64,000 nt of DNA, from positions 736,001 through 800,000 of the forward strand of contig OY760183.1 in NCBI GenBank assembly GCA_963663275.1, in the 5' to 3' direction. The notes beneath the pieces were generated by a model. The model was not told the DNA's origin. It made no database searches and was given only the letters and a program-made list of their open reading frames with translations. Position numbers and translations under genes: made by a program. The stretch comes from Chloroflexota bacterium (GTDB lineage: Bacteria > Chloroflexota > UBA11872 > VXOZ01). This document shows positions 61,365 to 64,000 of the stretch, one piece after another. Position 1 is the first letter of the stretch. Every line of letters starts with the position of its first letter.

Positions 61365-64000
61365 ATGAGCGGGATGGTTTCTCTTGGTCGGTTTGGCGTC
61401 CGCAAGCGCCGGTTTGGGCGGTGGATGGCCTGCGTGCAGGTCTTCCTCATCGTAAGTTTGTTGGGCATTCCCGTGCCGGTGCGCGCGGACAACGCTCAAC
61501 CCGCGTCGCCGCCCGCCGGGCCGCCGTCCAGCGTGGAGGTCACGCGCGGCAGCGGGACTCTGGCAGTGCGTTGGAGCGCGGTAGCGGGCGCGACCGGCTA
61601 CAACGTGAACTGGACCTCCGATCACAAGTCTAGCTGGCAGCGGGGCGCCAGCGACGTGAGCGGCACGAGCGTCACGCTCAGCGACATCGACGATAGCAAA
61701 GACTACTACGTGTCCGTGCAGGCGGCGAACGCCAACGGCGTGACCGGTTGGACGGACTCTCAGCTCATACCGGCCGTCGAGCCGACGCCGGCGCCTGAGC
61801 CGACAGCGACCCCGACTCCGACACCGGTGCCGACGCCCGAGCCGGCGCCGCTGCTGCCGAGCAGCGTGAGCGCGAGCCGGGGCGATGGGACGCTGACGGT
61901 GAGTTGGAGCGCGGTAGCGGGCGCGACCGGGTACGACGTCAATTGGACGGACGATCACAAGTCGAGTTGGAAGCGCGGGGCGAGCGGCGTGAGCGGCACG
62001 AGCGTGACGCTCACGGACATCGACGACAGCAAAGCCTACTACGTGGCGGTGCGGGGGCTGAACGCCACTGGCGAGGGCGGCTGGACGGACTCCGGTCTGA
62101 TAGCGGCCGTGCCGCCGACCCCCACGCCAATGCCCACCCCGACACCGAAACCGACGGCAACGCCGGTACCGACCCCAACCCCGGCGCCGACAGCGACCCC
62201 GGTACCCACTCCGACGCCTGAACCGACGGCAACGCCGGTACCCACCCCGACGCCTGTGCCGACGGCAACACCGGTACCGGCGGCGACGCCGGCGCCGACT
62301 CCGATCTCGAAATCCACAGCGACCCCGACGCCGGAGACCACGCCGACACCCACGCCGGAAACCACGGCGACCCCGACGCCAATCCCGGACGAGGTGGCCC
62401 CGGCCAAGCAAGAGGAAGTGGCTGCGCTTAGCAGCAACGGGCCGCCGGTTATCACCAACCCCGGCAACCAAGACTATTACCAGCACGCCAGCCAGACCCT
62501 GCCCATCACCGTGTCCGACCCGGACGACGACACGGTCACCGTAACGGTAACGGGTCTACCCGCGGGCCTGTCCTACGCCAGCGGCAAGATCACCGGCACG
62601 GTTTCCGGCAGCGCCAGCACGGGGAATCATACGGTTACCATCACCGCCAACGACGGCACGAACACGGCGGTCACCGCAACGTTCACCATCCGCATTAGTG
62701 CCAACACGAAGCCGGTCCTCGGCAATCACAGCGACAAGACGTACTACCGGGGCCAGGCCATTCGCGCTTTCAACATCAGCGCCGCCGACTCGGATGGCGA
62801 TGCCCTCGTCATCGTCGTGCAAAACCTCCCCAAAGGCCTGGTTCTCACCAGTCAGGGCAGCCTTGGCGGCAAGCGCGTGAGCGGGACGATTGCGTCGGAC
62901 GCCAGTCTGGGCCACCTCGTCGTACAAATCACGGCGACTGACATCAGAGGAGCGAAGGTCACCGGTTCGTTCAGAATCTCCGTTACCAGCGGCAATAGCC
63001 AGCCCCTTTTCGCATCGAGCAGCGTGACCCGCAGTGTAAACGAGAACTCGCCGGCCGCTACCGCGGTCGGCGCCCCGGTATCGACTACGGACGCCAACGA
63101 CGACGCGCTGACCTACAGCCTGAGCGGTACCGATTCCGGCAAGTTCACGATCGACGCGGCCACGGGCCAGATCAGAGTGAAGTCGGGGGCAACCCTGGAC
63201 AAGGAAAGCCTCGCGGGAGACTATAGCGTCACCGTGGGCGTCAGCGACAAGAAAGACTCCAGCGGCGCCGCCGACACGGTGGTTGACGACACGATAACGG
63301 TGACGGTGCAACTGGAGGACGTGGATGAGCCGCCGGCCGCGCCGGCCGCGCCGACGGTGGCCGCGGCGGGCACGAATCCGCAAACCGGCCTGGCCGTGTC
63401 GTGGACGGCCCCGATCACCACCGACCGCCCGGCCGTCAGCGATTACGACGTACAGTACCGCGTCAAAGGCGCGTCCTCGTGGACGTCCCATGCCTTCACC
63501 GGCACGGGCGCCAGCGCCACCATCACCGGCCTGAACGCCAACACGACCTACCAGGCGCAGGTACGGGCCGTGAATGACGAAGGCAACGGCGCCTGGTCGG
63601 CCGCGGGTGAGGGGAAGACGAACGCCTCTGCCGGCACGAACCTCAACCCCACCTTCGCGGCGGACACCGCCGCCCGCTCGGTGCCGGAGAGTTCACCGGC
63701 CAACACGAACGTGGGCGCCGCCGTGACGGCTACGGACGGCAACGCGGACACCCTGGAGTACACGCTCAGCGGTACTGACGCCGCCAGTTTCACCATCGGC
63801 GCGGCCACCGGCCAGATCAAGGTGAAGTCCGGCACGAACTTGGACCATGACACCAAGAGTTCCTATAGCGTGACCGTGGGCGTCTCCGACAAGAAGGACG
63901 CCTCGGGCAACGCGGACACGGTGGTTGACGACACCATCGCGGTAACCATCAACGTAACCGCGGCGAACACCCCGCCGGTCATCACCAACCCGGGCAGGAA
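61365..64000 (+). CDS. Giant secreted surface protein/adhesin 3, 5' part (Fn3, Pro/Thr linker, putative Ig, cadherin); runs off the window and is absent from the ORF track
   Basis: ATG 61365 after GGAG; [20 protein letters not shown].. signal-like start; [20 protein letters not shown] Fn3; GLPAGLSY Ig; RSVNENS cadherin; no stop seen. Confidence 0.9.
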   Translation, partial: MSGMVSLGRFGVRKRRFGRWMACVQVFLIVSLLGIPVPVRADNAQPASPPAGPPSSVEVTRGSGTLAVRWSAVAGATGYNVNWTSDHKSSWQRGASDVSGTSVTLSDIDDSKDYYVSVQAANANGVTGWTDSQLIPAVEPTPAPEPTATPTPTPVPTPEPAPLLPSSVSASRGDGTLTVSWSAVAGATGYDVNWTDDHKSSWKRGASGVSGTSVTLTDIDDSKAYYVAVRGLNATGEGGWTDSGLIAAVPPTPTPMPTPTPKPTATPVPTPTPAPTATPVPTPTPEPTATPVPTPTPVPTATPVPAATPAPTPISKSTATPTPETTPTPTPETTATPTPIPDEVAPAKQEEVAALSSNGPPVITNPGNQDYYQHASQTLPITVSDPDDDTVTVTVTGLPAGLSYASGKITGTVSGSASTGNHTVTITANDGTNTAVTATFTIRISANTKPVLGNHSDKTYYRGQAIRAFNISAADSDGDALVIVVQNLPKGLVLTSQGSLGGKRVSGTIASDASLGHLVVQITATDIRGAKVTGSFRISVTSGNSQPLFASSSVTRSVNENSPAATAVGAPVSTTDANDDALTYSLSGTDSGKFTIDAATGQIRVKSGATLDKESLAGDYSVTVGVSDKKDSSGAADTVVDDTITVTVQLEDVDEPPAAPAAPTVAAAGTNPQTGLAVSWTAPITTDRPAVSDYDVQYRVKGASSWTSHAFTGTGASATITGLNANTTYQAQVRAVNDEGNGAWSAAGEGKTNASAGTNLNPTFAADTAARSVPESSPANTNVGAAVTATDGNADTLEYTLSGTDAASFTIGAATGQIKVKSGTNLDHDTKSSYSVTVGVSDKKDASGNADTVVDDTIAVTINVTAANTPPVITNPGR

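Overview
GC-rich bacterial window, probably a Chloroflexota (Dehalococcoidia-like) genome of the kind seen in host-associated or sponge metagenomes. That assignment is inferred from protein style and is not proven. Housekeeping and metabolic genes are lepA (3' part), oligoendopeptidase F, a liv-type ABC transporter with two binding proteins, ispE, tRNA-Val(CAC), NCS2 and SulP transporters, two cytochrome c lipoproteins and two GNATs. Lower-GC defence-type inserts comprise a decayed higBA, an MTase-HNH fusion, a HEPN-like plus large helical gene pair, and an ABC-ATPase with a TOPRIM-like DUF4276 partner. Host-interaction candidates are an animal-type GCGEQ thioester (alpha-2-macroglobulin/complement-like) lipoprotein, a TIMP-like protein and three tandem giant Fn3/cadherin surface proteins. 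Three things stand out. (1) Each giant gene is preceded by the same cassette: 10-bp-phased T-tracts, a sigma70-like promoter and a ~540-nt leader containing a ~125-nt structured element with compensatory base changes, a candidate new cis-regulatory RNA. (2) Two non-autonomous MITE families with target-site duplications insert into REP-like hairpins and carry other REP-like hairpins as cargo. (3) The thioester lipoprotein has a C3-like catalytic His motif. All calls come from reading the sequence; no database search was run.
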